Assembly: GCA_037445065.1 (NCBI GenBank)
Contig: JBBILD010000004.1
Span: forward strand, 168,692-232,691
Source of the DNA: Myxococcales bacterium
Lineage (GTDB): Bacteria; Desulfobacterota; Binatia; HRBIN30
Length of the DNA: 64,000 bases
Reading direction: 5' to 3'
The notes under the pieces: generated by a model
Seen by the model: only the letters and a program-made list of their open reading frames with translations
Told to the model about the DNA's origin: nothing
Database searches by the model: none
Shown: positions 27,019 through 36,607 of the stretch, piece by piece
Position numbering within the stretch: position 1 is the stretch's first letter
How the letters are laid out: every line of letters starts with the position of its first letter
Translations under genes and position numbers: made by a program

Positions 27019-29316
27019 TTAGGGCTCGCAGACCAAGATGGAGTGCCACCATTTGCACGAGCCTGCCGAGCCCAGGCGGTCGATGGCCGAACCCATGTGG
27101 GTCCAAGTCACGGTGACCGGACCGGAAGAAATCGCAGCGAAGGTGCGTCCGCGGCACTGCAGACGCCAGGAGTAGCTTCCCGACACCCCGCGCGCGGGGC
27201 GCACGACCACTTCGCGCATGCGGTCGGTGCTGACACAGCGGACTCCACCCCGGCGCAGGGGTGCGCACTCGCCCGGGATCCAATCATACGTTTCCGCGAG
27301 CGACCCACTATCCTCAACCCGAATCCGCAGCCCGGCGGACACATCCAGGGCGGCGGGGTCCAGCGCCACGTATTGACCTCGGGCGCGCACGCGGCCATTG
27401 TCGGTGGCAAGGCTCGTGTCGGGGCGGAGGGAGACCCGATTTACCGTCAAGGGTGCGTCGCTGGCGTCGCAAACATCCCCTGCACCGTCCGAGTCGAGAT
27501 CCTCTTGAGCGGGATTGGCGATGGTCGGACAGTTGTCAGACACATCTGGCACACCATCGCCGTCCGCATCTACAGGTGCGGAGGATGTCGGGGTAAGGCT
27601 CGCTGCCGGCGTGTTCGAGGGAGGAGGACTCGTAGCGGTCCTTGTCGCCGTGGCGGTGAAAGAGGAAGTGGGTGAGAAGCTTGGCGCTGGGGGAAGCACG
27701 GTGGGCGTGAATGTGGGCGAAGGGGTGAGGGACCACGTAGCGGTCCGTGTCAGCGTCGGCGTTGCGGTAGGGCCGCCCACCTGAATCGTGGCACCGCTGC
27801 GGTTGCAGGGAAACAAGCCCCCTCCGTCCCTCTGCAATTCACAAGCGGGCACACCGCTCGAACCGCAGAACACGGTGGCGAACTCGAGTGAGGTGACTCC
27901 GCTACCCGCGCCTTGGAACTGGATGGTGGCCAGGTCTGGGTTGTTGGCCGGGAATTGGTGATTCGGGCAACTGATCGCGATACAGATCTTGCCTGCATCC
28001 GCCCCGTTCGCTTGCGCCATGCACCAGGGGGGTGTGTTCATCGTCAGGCCCTGCAACGAGAGGACGTTGGGGTCGTACGTGAGTCCAAATGTATAGTAAA
28101 TGATCTCGTTGGTGTCGTTGATGTGAAGTTGGACGGAGATGTTCTCGCCCGGGGCGATGGAAGCACTCGCCGGAACCAGGCTCACAGAGCGAGCGGGTAA
28201 TGGCGTCGGTGTTGCGCAAGTGTTTGCGTGGCTGCACACTCCGGTTTCCAACTGGCAGGTGTCTGTGGTGCAGTCGAGGCGGTCATCGCAGTCCGCATCT
28301 GCCGTGCAAAACGGCTTGATGAACTGTCCGAGGCTCCACGGCGAGGCGCCGACGGGGATCGTTGCGATCACTGTGGCAGTTTGAACGTCAACCACGGACA
28401 CGGTGTCGCTCCCCGTGTTTGCGACGTAGACGCGACGCCCATCTGGGTGGGCGGCGACGCCGCGCGGCTGGAGTCCCACGAGCACAGTCCCCACTACCGT
28501 ATCTGAGGCGATGTCGATGATCGAGAGCGTGCCAGAACCGGTATTCGTCACGTACAACTGGGTGGAGTCGGGACTCACCGCGACCCCGTACGGCTGGGTG
28601 CCCACGGGAATCGACTTGAGATACGGGTACGGGTAGCGAGTTGGGTCCCAGGACCGAACTGCATCCGCACCTTCGTCCGCAAAGTAAACCTGGCGATGAC
28701 CGCCGCCCGGGCCGCCGGTGACAGCGATCCCGTTCGGTGAAGTTCCCGGAGCCACCATGTTCCACTGCAAGTCCGGCGGAGGGGCAATCTCAGCGTAGCC
28801 AGGTCCATTTGCACCGCTCCCCCCGGGGCCGGCATGCACGGAGACGTAGACGTTCCCCTCCGCGTCGGCCACCACACCGAGCGGGACGCTGGCAAAGTAC
28901 CCGATTCCGGCAAGGAAGCTCAGCCCCACGGCGTTGTACGCGAAAACCGTGTCGCTCGTCCGGTTGGTCACGTAAAAGTATGCGCCATCTGGGCTCACTG
29001 CTACGCCGAAAGCACCACTTCCGACCGCAGTTCCTGAAAGCGGGGTGGAAACGCTCAGCGAGGTGAGGTCTACGACCGATATGGACTGGCTTCCCGAATT
29101 GACGACATAGCCCTTCGTTCCACTGGGATCGACGGCAACGCCCGTTGGCGCGGCCTGAACGTTTACGGTTGCGATCACTTGATCGGTCGCCGTGTCGATT
29201 ACGCTGACCGTATTGTCCCCGGAGTTGGTAATCAAAGCGCGCGGAGCCGCGAGTGCGTTGCCGCTAAAACAACAAAAACACACCAGCCCGACCCAATGTC
29301 GCGAAGCCCGTTTCAT
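27019..29316 (-). CDS. Secreted multidomain protein: YVTN beta-propeller, Cys-rich repeat, cohesin-like domain, Pro/Thr linker, TSP3 Ca-binding repeat, C-terminal domain
   Basis: Signal peptide; repeated YVTN..S.TVSVID; CTADADCDDRLDCTTDTC; LTYDPNVL...LATIQF; TATPT repeats; DADGDGVPDVSDNCPTIANPAQEDLDSDGAGDVCD. Confidence 0.85.
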   Translation of the reverse strand: MKRASRHWVGLVCFCCFSGNALAAPRALITNSGDNTVSVIDTATDQVIATVNVQAAPTGVAVDPSGTKGYVVNSGSQSISVVDLTSLSVSTPLSGTAVGSGAFGVAVSPDGAYFYVTNRTSDTVFAYNAVGLSFLAGIGYFASVPLGVVADAEGNVYVSVHAGPGGSGANGPGYAEIAPPPDLQWNMVAPGTSPNGIAVTGGPGGGHRQVYFADEGADAVRSWDPTRYPYPYLKSIPVGTQPYGVAVSPDSTQLYVTNTGSGTLSIIDIASDTVVGTVLVGLQPRGVAAHPDGRRVYVANTGSDTVSVVDVQTATVIATIPVGASPWSLGQFIKPFCTADADCDDRLDCTTDTCQLETGVCSHANTCATPTPLPARSVSLVPASASIAPGENISVQLHINDTNEIIYYTFGLTYDPNVLSLQGLTMNTPPWCMAQANGADAGKICIAISCPNHQFPANNPDLATIQFQGAGSGVTSLEFATVFCGSSGVPACELQRDGGGLFPCNRSGATIQVGGPTATPTLTRTATWSLTPSPTFTPTVLPPAPSFSPTSSFTATATRTATSPPPSNTPAASLTPTSSAPVDADGDGVPDVSDNCPTIANPAQEDLDSDGAGDVCDASDAPLTVNRVSLRPDTSLATDNGRVRARGQYVALDPAALDVSAGLRIRVEDSGSLAETYDWIPGECAPLRRGGVRCVSTDRMREVVVRPARGVSGSYSWRLQCRGRTFAAISSGPVTVTWTHMGSAIDRLGSAGSCKWWHSILVCEP

Positions 29317-29758
29317 GTCCCCTCCCTTGTGAAAGTTTCTGGTAAGCGACGCTAAAAAGCAAGCTTTTATTGCGAGGGCTCGTTCGCGGAGGGTGGTGTG
29401 AGTGCCCAGGAGGCCGCAGGTGCGAAGTCACCGCGGCCCGCACGCTGGGAACTCCTCGAGGTTTGCGGGCATACAACGACTCTCGAGCGCGTGTTCCGAT
29501 GCCGACGTGGATGGCCTCGACCCACCTCCGTAGCCGCCCTGTGCGTGTGATCGAGAGCGGCCGGCCAAAACCGTTCGCTCATTACGGATGAGGGACATGG
29601 GTGCGCCGGGACCACCGCAGGGAAACGGCCTGGGGTAGGGGTTGGAGGTGGACGCTGGTACGGAGGCTGTGCGGCGGGGGAGTATGGGAGCGCGCGCGGT
29701 TGACCAGAGGGGAAGCCTGCGTTGCAAACGTTGCGCATCGAGATTAGCTAGCCGGCGC

Positions 29759-30496
29759 ATGGCTACCGGCTTATCGCGAGCGCGCCTTTACCTCGTAGGT
29801 CGCCTGGCTGCGATTCCGCGCGATCACTTCCTGAAGCGTTTGGCCCGCTCGCTTGGGGTTGGGCGTTGGCTGGGCTTGTCCGACAAGTACTATTCGGAGC
29901 TTTCGTGGCAAAATCGCTGGGCCCCGGTCTTCGCCAAAAACCGCGAGAAAGTACGCGAGTACTGGCAGAAGTACCGATACTTCGATGAGATCCTGGCCAT
30001 GGTCTCGTTAGACGAGCACAGTAGGGTGCTCGACGTAGGCTGTGGCATCAGCACCGTGCTGCATTTCTTGCCTGGCCAGCGCTTTGGGATCGATCCACTC
30101 GCCGACGAGTACAAGCGGATCTATTCGTACCCTGCAGGCATCGAAGTGCGCCAGGGCTACGGCGAGCAGATTCCCTTCCCCGACCAGTGGTTCGACGCTG
30201 TCTTTTGCTCCAATGTGCTGGATCACACCTCGGAGCCAGACCGGGTGCTGGCGGAGATCCGCCGGGCGCTGCGCCCGGCAGGGTTTCTGGTCCTCACCGT
30301 GGAAGTGTTCCCGCACGCGCAAGAGCGCGATTTGTCGCACCCGCATGCGTTTACCCGCGAGGAAGTGTTGGACAAACTCTCTGCGTTCCAGGTTCTGTTC
30401 CAGCGGGAAAGCCCGTGGATCATGCTCATGCATTACGTTGACGGTTCGATGCGCGTCGAAGGAGAGCAGCTCATCCTGGTGGCGCGGAAGAAGTGA
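29759..30496 (+). CDS. Class I SAM-dependent methyltransferase
   Basis: VLDVGCG, GIDP, GEQIPFPDQWFDAV.C.NVLDH, RALRPAG. Confidence 0.9.
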   Translation: MATGLSRARLYLVGRLAAIPRDHFLKRLARSLGVGRWLGLSDKYYSELSWQNRWAPVFAKNREKVREYWQKYRYFDEILAMVSLDEHSRVLDVGCGISTVLHFLPGQRFGIDPLADEYKRIYSYPAGIEVRQGYGEQIPFPDQWFDAVFCSNVLDHTSEPDRVLAEIRRALRPAGFLVLTVEVFPHAQERDLSHPHAFTREEVLDKLSAFQVLFQRESPWIMLMHYVDGSMRVEGEQLILVARKK

Positions 30497-31536
30497 TGCG
30501 CAGACCTGTGCGCGTGCTCGTGCTGAACCAGGAAGCGCATCGGGAACTCCTCGTGCGTTCCTGTGCGAATCTGCCAGTGGAACTCGTGTTGCATGACTTC
30601 CCGGTTCCGTGGGCCGAAGTCGCAGCGCGGCGAGCTGGCAATTGGCAGGACGTGCCGGAGCCTCTGCCTACAGAGGCCCTGCGCAGTGAGTTGGCGCGGG
30701 CCGAGGTGCTGTTCGCATTCGCGCCCCCGCGCCGCACGGCTGAGCTTGCCCCGCACCTGCGCTGGGTCGAAACCCCAGCCACTGGCTACGACCAGTTGAA
30801 CGGCACCGGCGTCTTGGAGGCTCCGGGGGTGCGCGTGACCACGGTGGGCGGTCTGTTCGCCGCGTCGGTTGCGGAGCACGCGTGGGCGCTCATCCTTGCC
30901 CTGTTGCGGCGCTTACCTTTGTTTCTGGAAGCACAACGGGGGAGGCGCTGGGAGCAGGCTCCGGTGGGGGAGCTACGCGGGCGTACCCTCGGCATCGTGG
31001 GCTACGGGAACATCGGCCGCGCAGTGGCGCGGATGGCGAGGGGTTTCGGGATGCGGGTTCTGGCGACCCGCTCCTCGCGCCCAGGTGAGGAAGAGAATGT
31101 GGATGAGTTTTTTGCCCGCCACGACCTGCACGTGTTGCTGGCGCGCAGCGACATCGTCGTGGTTACGGTTCGCGGCGAGCCGGCCAACGATGCTTTGTTC
31201 GGGGCGCGGGAGTTCGCTGTCATGCGCGACGGGGCGTGGTTTATCAACGTGGCGCGCGGCTCGGTGGTTGACGAGCAGGCCCTGTGTGAGGCGTTGCGCT
31301 CTGGGAAGCTCGCTGGGGCAGGTCTCGACGTGTTTCGTAAAGAACCTTTGCCGGCGGACCACCGCTTGTGGGCCATGCCGAATGTGGTCCTCACGCCTCA
31401 TGTCGCCATGCATGTGCCCGACCGTATGGAACGGTGCGTTCAGCACTTCTGCCAAAACCTGCGCCGTTACTGCGCGGCGGAGCCACTGCTCGACGAGGTG
31501 CCGTTCACGCAGCGGACAGTAGAGGCAAAGCTGTGA
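30493..31536 (+). CDS. D-2-hydroxyacid dehydrogenase (NAD-dependent)
   Basis: GIVGYGNIG, INVARG, LDVFRKEPL, LTPHVA; GTGA overlap with the methyltransferase. Confidence 0.93.
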   Translation: MMRRPVRVLVLNQEAHRELLVRSCANLPVELVLHDFPVPWAEVAARRAGNWQDVPEPLPTEALRSELARAEVLFAFAPPRRTAELAPHLRWVETPATGYDQLNGTGVLEAPGVRVTTVGGLFAASVAEHAWALILALLRRLPLFLEAQRGRRWEQAPVGELRGRTLGIVGYGNIGRAVARMARGFGMRVLATRSSRPGEEENVDEFFARHDLHVLLARSDIVVVTVRGEPANDALFGAREFAVMRDGAWFINVARGSVVDEQALCEALRSGKLAGAGLDVFRKEPLPADHRLWAMPNVVLTPHVAMHVPDRMERCVQHFCQNLRRYCAAEPLLDEVPFTQRTVEAKL

Positions 31537-32248
31537 GTTGGGTGACCTCCCGGATCACCCACTTGGCCGGCGGGCGCTCCGTCTCGCCGGCAGCCGTGTG
31601 AATCCACACTGCGTCCATACCAGCCCCAGTGGCCCCCAGCACGTCTTCCTCCCAACTATCGCCGACGAATAAGGCGTGGCTGGCGCCAACGCCAGTTGCA
31701 GCGAGGGCTTGGTGGAAGATTTCTGCCCGAGGCTTCCGCCAGCCGGCTTCCGCGGAAACCACGACGGCAGAAAAAAAACGCGTGAGGCCGGAACGTTCGA
31801 GCAGTTGTCGAACGGCAAGCGGGTCGTCGAAGTTGGACACCACTGCAAGCCGGAAGCGCGCTGCCAGGCTCTTCACGAGCTGCGGGACGCTCGGGTATGG
31901 CTGGCAGTTCTGGACCACGTGCTGGCGGTGAACCGCAGCCACGATTCGACCGCATCGAGCAATGTCGGACTGCGAGTAACCGAGACGGCTCAGCGCTGCA
32001 GCCAATCGTTCCTCCAGGCGGCGTTCGCGGCAGCTAGCGACCGCTTCCCGCCGGAAAGCTCGGGTGACTTCTTCGAATGCAGTGAGGAATGCGTCGCGGT
32101 CGAGTTCCGGCAAGGAAGGAGCCACATCCGCTAGCACCGCTTCCACAGCAGGCCGCCAACCCGGTTCGTCGGCCCGCATCATCGGTGCGGCAGGGCCGAC
32201 TTCGAACAAAGTACGAAAACAATCGAACAGAATCGCTTGGTAGCCCAT
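31505..32248 (-). CDS. HAD-superfamily hydrolase/phosphatase
   Basis: ILFDCFRTL, VVSN, WRKP, VGDSWEEDV.GA..AGM. Confidence 0.88.
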   Translation of the reverse strand: MGYQAILFDCFRTLFEVGPAAPMMRADEPGWRPAVEAVLADVAPSLPELDRDAFLTAFEEVTRAFRREAVASCRERRLEERLAAALSRLGYSQSDIARCGRIVAAVHRQHVVQNCQPYPSVPQLVKSLAARFRLAVVSNFDDPLAVRQLLERSGLTRFFSAVVVSAEAGWRKPRAEIFHQALAATGVGASHALFVGDSWEEDVLGATGAGMDAVWIHTAAGETERPPAKWVIREVTQLTALPLLSAA

Positions 32249-32397
32249 CGCTCTGAACACCCTTCCGGCGAAGGCAGGCTCTGTAGCGAGTCGCGGGCGA
32301 CAAGGCGAGGCAAACGATGCGCGCGGCAGGGGGTAGGCAAGCCTGCTTGCCCTGTCGTTGCGATCAGGGAAGAAATGCACGACAACCAACGACAACC

Positions 32398-33594
32398 ATG
32401 GGACGAATGCTTCGCAATCCGGCAGTGGTCCTGAACTGCGAGACCGGTGGGATCGGTATCCTGCACTCCCTGGCTGGCAGCGGGATCGATATTGTCACGG
32501 TGGAGCGCGACTGGCCGCCCGCTTTCGGCCGTTGGTCGCGTTACCCGAAGCTGCGCCTCACCTACCGGCCGTGGCGGGGGGAGTCGTTGGTGGATGCTCT
32601 GCTCCGCTTGCGCGGTTCGTTCGAGGGCCGCGGTGTGCTGTTTCCGAGCACCGATGCCGACTTGGCGGTCCTCATCGAGCATCGCTCTCAGCTCGAGCCG
32701 GCGTATCACATCCCAGCGGCGGAACCCATCGGCATGCGGATCTTCGAGAAGAACTGGCAGTACGAGCTGGCCGAGCAGGTTGGAGTCCCGATGCCCCGGC
32801 ACGTTCGCTTCAGGGCCGGCGAGTTTCCGAAGGTGCAAGGACTGCGCTTTCCCCTCGTCGTCAAACCATCGGCGCGTGCGAGCGGGGCGCGGGCAAAGAC
32901 GTTCCGATTGAAAGTTTGCCGCGATGAGCAGGAGCTGGGCCACACTTTGCGCGAGCTCGCGCGCGAGCACGAGGGGCGTGCCTTCCAGGTGAGCGAAAAT
33001 ATCCCGGGAGAGCCAACCCGGTTGGTCACTGTGGGATCGTACAGCGACCGCAGCGGCAAGGTCCTACGGTCGTTCATCGGGCGCAAGGTCACGCAGTTTC
33101 CGTACTATTACGGCGAGGCTAGCGTGGCTGAAGCCCTGAGTCCGATTCCTGAAGTGTTAGATAGCGCGCGGCGACTGTTGGAGGCCGCGGGGTTTCACGG
33201 GATTAGTCAAGTCGAGTTCAAGTACGACGAGCGGGACAGTACCTACAAGCTGATCGAAATCAATCCCCGTTCGTGGTCGTGGATCAAGCTGGCGACGCGT
33301 GCTGGGGTCAACTTGCCCTTGATCCAGTATTGGGACCTCGTCGGCGACGCGCGACTGCAGGAGGCGCTCGCCCAACCGCAAGAGGATCGATGGTTTTTCG
33401 TGTACTACTTTTACGTGCGCCGCAACCGCCTAGAGAGCGAACGCCGCCAGATCGCGGAACTGGCGCGCAGGAAAACCATGGTACCCGCAGTGGACGATGA
33501 CGGGGAGCGCTGGCTACCGTTCGTGCATCGCGCTGTCTCTTTGGTCAAACTGTTGCGGCGGCACCGTGCCTCGATCTCGGCTCCCACGCCGTAA
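32398..33594 (+). CDS. ATP-grasp carboxylate-amine ligase (D-aspartate ligase-like)
   Basis: LFPSTD, FPLVVKP, SENIPG, GRKVTQFP..YG, GISQVEFKYDERD..YKLIEINPR.W.W, GVNLP. Confidence 0.85.
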   Translation: MGRMLRNPAVVLNCETGGIGILHSLAGSGIDIVTVERDWPPAFGRWSRYPKLRLTYRPWRGESLVDALLRLRGSFEGRGVLFPSTDADLAVLIEHRSQLEPAYHIPAAEPIGMRIFEKNWQYELAEQVGVPMPRHVRFRAGEFPKVQGLRFPLVVKPSARASGARAKTFRLKVCRDEQELGHTLRELAREHEGRAFQVSENIPGEPTRLVTVGSYSDRSGKVLRSFIGRKVTQFPYYYGEASVAEALSPIPEVLDSARRLLEAAGFHGISQVEFKYDERDSTYKLIEINPRSWSWIKLATRAGVNLPLIQYWDLVGDARLQEALAQPQEDRWFFVYYFYVRRNRLESERRQIAELARRKTMVPAVDDDGERWLPFVHRAVSLVKLLRRHRASISAPTP

Positions 33595-33771
33595 ATGGGG
33601 CTAGGCCTCGGCGTGTACGCCCTCCTTGGTCGCCACCCGGAATGGACTGCGCGCGGCCTTCCACAAAACAACCAGCGCCGTAGAAGAGCGATCCTGCCGG
33701 TCGGTGCGAGCAGGAGGCGGCGCTGCACGTCCCCTTGCGTGGCTGTAGGCATACCGGTAGCAACTTGGCCT

Positions 33772-34653
33772 ATGTCGCAGAAAGATGGATTTCAGCGTTT
33801 CCACGGAACCCCGGGCTACATTGCTTCGCCTGCGTTGGTGGATGCGGTCAATTGCGCAATTGCCTTGGAACGCCCTCTGTTGATCAAAGGGGAGCCGGGA
33901 ACCGGTAAGACGATTTTGGCTCGCCACGTAGCCGAGGGGCTGGGGCTGAAGATGCTTGCCTGGCATATCAAGTCGACTTCGAAGGCGGCGGAGGGCCTGT
34001 ACGTGTACGACACGGTGCAGCGGTTGAATGACAGCCGGTTCGGTACCGGCGATGTTTCCGATATCCGCCGCTACATCAAGCTGGGTCCGCTCGGGCAGGC
34101 GTTTGCGTCGCCCGATCGGGTGGTGCTGCTGATTGACGAAATTGACAAAGCCGATCTCGAGTTCCCGAATGATTTGCTGCGCGAACTCGACGAGATGCGG
34201 TTCACGATCATCGAGACCGGCGAGGAAATCGTGGCCCGCTACCGGCCGATCGTGATCATCACCTCGAACAACGAGAAGGAATTGCCGGATGCGTTTTTGC
34301 GCCGCTGCATTTTCTATTACATTGATTTCCCCACTCCCGAACTCATGCGCCGCATCGTGGCGGTCCACCACCCTCATCTCGACGCCAAATTGCTGGACCA
34401 GGTGCTGATCAAGTTTTACTGGCTGCGCGAGCAAAGCGAGCTGCGCAAAAAGCCCTCGACCTCGGAGCTGATCGATTGGATCACCGCCTTGGTGCGAGCA
34501 GGGGTGAGCCTGGAGACGGTGGAACAACACATCCCGTTTGTCGGGGCACTGCTCAAGAAGGAGCAGGACGTGGACGCCCTGCTCCGCTACGACGCGGCCG
34601 GTGGCCGCTTCCCGAAGAGCTGGGCGGAACTCGGCCCGCGCTATCAGCAGTAG
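33772..34653 (+). CDS. MoxR-family AAA+ ATPase
   Basis: GEPGTGKT, LLIDEIDKAD, ITSNNEKELPDAFLRRC, KKPSTSELIDW. Confidence 0.93.
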   Translation: MSQKDGFQRFHGTPGYIASPALVDAVNCAIALERPLLIKGEPGTGKTILARHVAEGLGLKMLAWHIKSTSKAAEGLYVYDTVQRLNDSRFGTGDVSDIRRYIKLGPLGQAFASPDRVVLLIDEIDKADLEFPNDLLRELDEMRFTIIETGEEIVARYRPIVIITSNNEKELPDAFLRRCIFYYIDFPTPELMRRIVAVHHPHLDAKLLDQVLIKFYWLREQSELRKKPSTSELIDWITALVRAGVSLETVEQHIPFVGALLKKEQDVDALLRYDAAGGRFPKSWAELGPRYQQ

Positions 34654-34685
34654 GCCCGGGGGGAGTCTGCGAGCGAGGCAAAAGG

Positions 34686-35891
34686 ATGTTCCTGGATTTC
34701 TTTTACGGGCTGCGCGAAGAAGGCGTACCGGTAGGCATTCAGGAGTGGCTGACCTTCATGCGCGCACTCGAGCTCGGCCTGCACCACTCCAGCTTGCTCG
34801 GCTTTTATCACTTGGGTCGCGCTTGCTTGGTCAAGAGCGAGACCTTCTTCGATGCCTACGACCGGGTCTTCTTGCGTGTCTTCCGCGGTGTGGAGGGCGC
34901 CGTGAGCGAGGAGACCGTGGAGAAGGTCCTTGAATGGCTGCGCGATCCCAAGAATTTCCCCCACCTCTCCCCAGAGGAGTTGGCGCAACTGGAACGGCTC
35001 AATCATGATGAACTCATGCGCCGCCTCCTCGACACGCTGGCAAAACAGAGCGAGCGCCACGACGGCGGCGACCGGTGGATCGGCACGGGTGGCAAATCCC
35101 CGTTTGGGCACAGCGGGCAGCACCCGACCGGGATCCGCGTCGGCGGCCCTGCGCGTGGCCGCTCAGCCATGAAAGTGGCAGAGGAACGGCGCTTTCGCGA
35201 TTACCGCACCGACCTCACGTTGGACGTGCGCCAACTGCGCGTGGCCCTGCGCCGCTTGCGCCAGCTCACCCGCTCGGGTGAGGCAACCGAACTGGATCTC
35301 GACGAGACTGTGGACGAAACCTGCCGCAACGCGGGGGAAATCGAACTGGTGTTCCGTCCACCGCGGCGCAACGATGTGCGCTTGCTCTTGCTCATGGACG
35401 TCGGTGGCACGATGGACCCGTATTACGAGCCGGTAAGCCAGCTTCTCACTGCCCTCCACGAAGAGCGGGGCCTGCGTGCCTTCGAAGCGTACTACTTCCA
35501 CAACTGTATTTACGATCACGTTTACAACAAAGCCCGCATGTTCCGCTCCGATGCAGTGCCGACCGGCGATTTGTTGCGCCGCCTCGATCGGCGCTGGAAA
35601 GTGGTGATCGTCGGTGATGCCTCGATGCACCCGGCGGAACTGCTGGAGCCTTTCGGGAACATTGACCCGCGCCGCGTCTCCCCGACGCCAGGCATCGTGT
35701 GGCTGCAACGCATCGCCAACCATTTCGAACGGAGCGTTTGGCTCAATCCAGAAAAACCCGCTTACTGGGAGGCAGATACGTGCCGTGTGATCCGCCGCTT
35801 GTTCCCCATGTTTCACTTGAGCATTGACGGCATGAGCGAGGCCGTACGTACCTTGGTCGGGGCACGGCCCGCCGTGCAGGAAAGGAGGTAG
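34686..35891 (+). CDS. VWA-domain protein (CoxE-like MoxR partner)
   Basis: WIGTGGKSPFG, ELDLDETV, MIDAS-like DVGGTM, YFHNC, VGDASM, VWLNP. Confidence 0.9.
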   Translation: MFLDFFYGLREEGVPVGIQEWLTFMRALELGLHHSSLLGFYHLGRACLVKSETFFDAYDRVFLRVFRGVEGAVSEETVEKVLEWLRDPKNFPHLSPEELAQLERLNHDELMRRLLDTLAKQSERHDGGDRWIGTGGKSPFGHSGQHPTGIRVGGPARGRSAMKVAEERRFRDYRTDLTLDVRQLRVALRRLRQLTRSGEATELDLDETVDETCRNAGEIELVFRPPRRNDVRLLLLMDVGGTMDPYYEPVSQLLTALHEERGLRAFEAYYFHNCIYDHVYNKARMFRSDAVPTGDLLRRLDRRWKVVIVGDASMHPAELLEPFGNIDPRRVSPTPGIVWLQRIANHFERSVWLNPEKPAYWEADTCRVIRRLFPMFHLSIDGMSEAVRTLVGARPAVQERR

Positions 35892-35895
35892 GGAG

Positions 35896-36534
35896 ATGAA
35901 ACTTTGGAGCGAGAGTTTCCCGGACCGCGGTCGCATCCCGGAACGCTGCGCTTTCGGCAAGTACGATCCTCGAGCGCACGTGGCGTTGAGCGAGAATCTC
36001 AATCCCCACTTGGCGTGGGCGGATTTGCCTGCGGGCACGCGCTCGCTGGTGCTGATCTGTCACGACTCCGACGTGCCCAGCCGCGCTGACGACGTCAACC
36101 AGGAAGGGCGGGTGGTGCCGGCTTCCCTGCCGCGAGTGGATTTCTTCCACTGGGTGTTGGTGGACCTGCCGCCCGATGGGCCGCCGATTTCCGAGGGAGA
36201 GTTTTCGCGCGGCGTCACACCTCGAGGCAAGCCGGGCCCGGAGGGTCCGCGCGGCACGCGACAGGGGCTTAATAATTACACGGATTGGTTTGCATCTGAC
36301 CCGGATATGAAGGGCGATTACTTCGGTTACGACGGTCCCTGCCCGCCGTGGAACGATGAAATCGTGCATCATTACCACTTCACGCTCTACGCTGTGGACC
36401 TGGCGCGATGCCCGTTGGAGGGGCGCTTTGGCGGGCCGCAAGTGATCGAGGCGCTCAAGGGACACGTGCTTGCGCAAGCGCGCATCACCGGGCTTTACGC
36501 AATCAACCCACAGGCCCGCGAGGTGCAAGTCTGA
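35896..36534 (+). CDS. YbhB/YbcL (PEBP/RKIP-like) protein
   Basis: NPHLAW, CHDSD, FFHWVL, YDGPCPPWND..HHYHF. Confidence 0.93.
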   Translation: MKLWSESFPDRGRIPERCAFGKYDPRAHVALSENLNPHLAWADLPAGTRSLVLICHDSDVPSRADDVNQEGRVVPASLPRVDFFHWVLVDLPPDGPPISEGEFSRGVTPRGKPGPEGPRGTRQGLNNYTDWFASDPDMKGDYFGYDGPCPPWNDEIVHHYHFTLYAVDLARCPLEGRFGGPQVIEALKGHVLAQARITGLYAINPQAREVQV

Positions 36535-36607
36535 GGCGCTGAGCTCGCGATCTGCTCGCCGCGGGCACAGGCGCACGAGGCGGTCCCGCCGGATATGCCG
36601 GTTCGGA

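Noticed and set aside
27590..27780. Repetitive-looking DNA
   Set aside because: Encodes the Pro/Thr linker; not a CRISPR or DNA repeat.
29317..29758. Possible c-di-GMP-I riboswitch in the 440-bp intergenic region (minus strand CACGCACAGGGC)
   Set aside because: Lacks the GGCAAA...GAAA...GACGCAAA core; the short match is likely chance.
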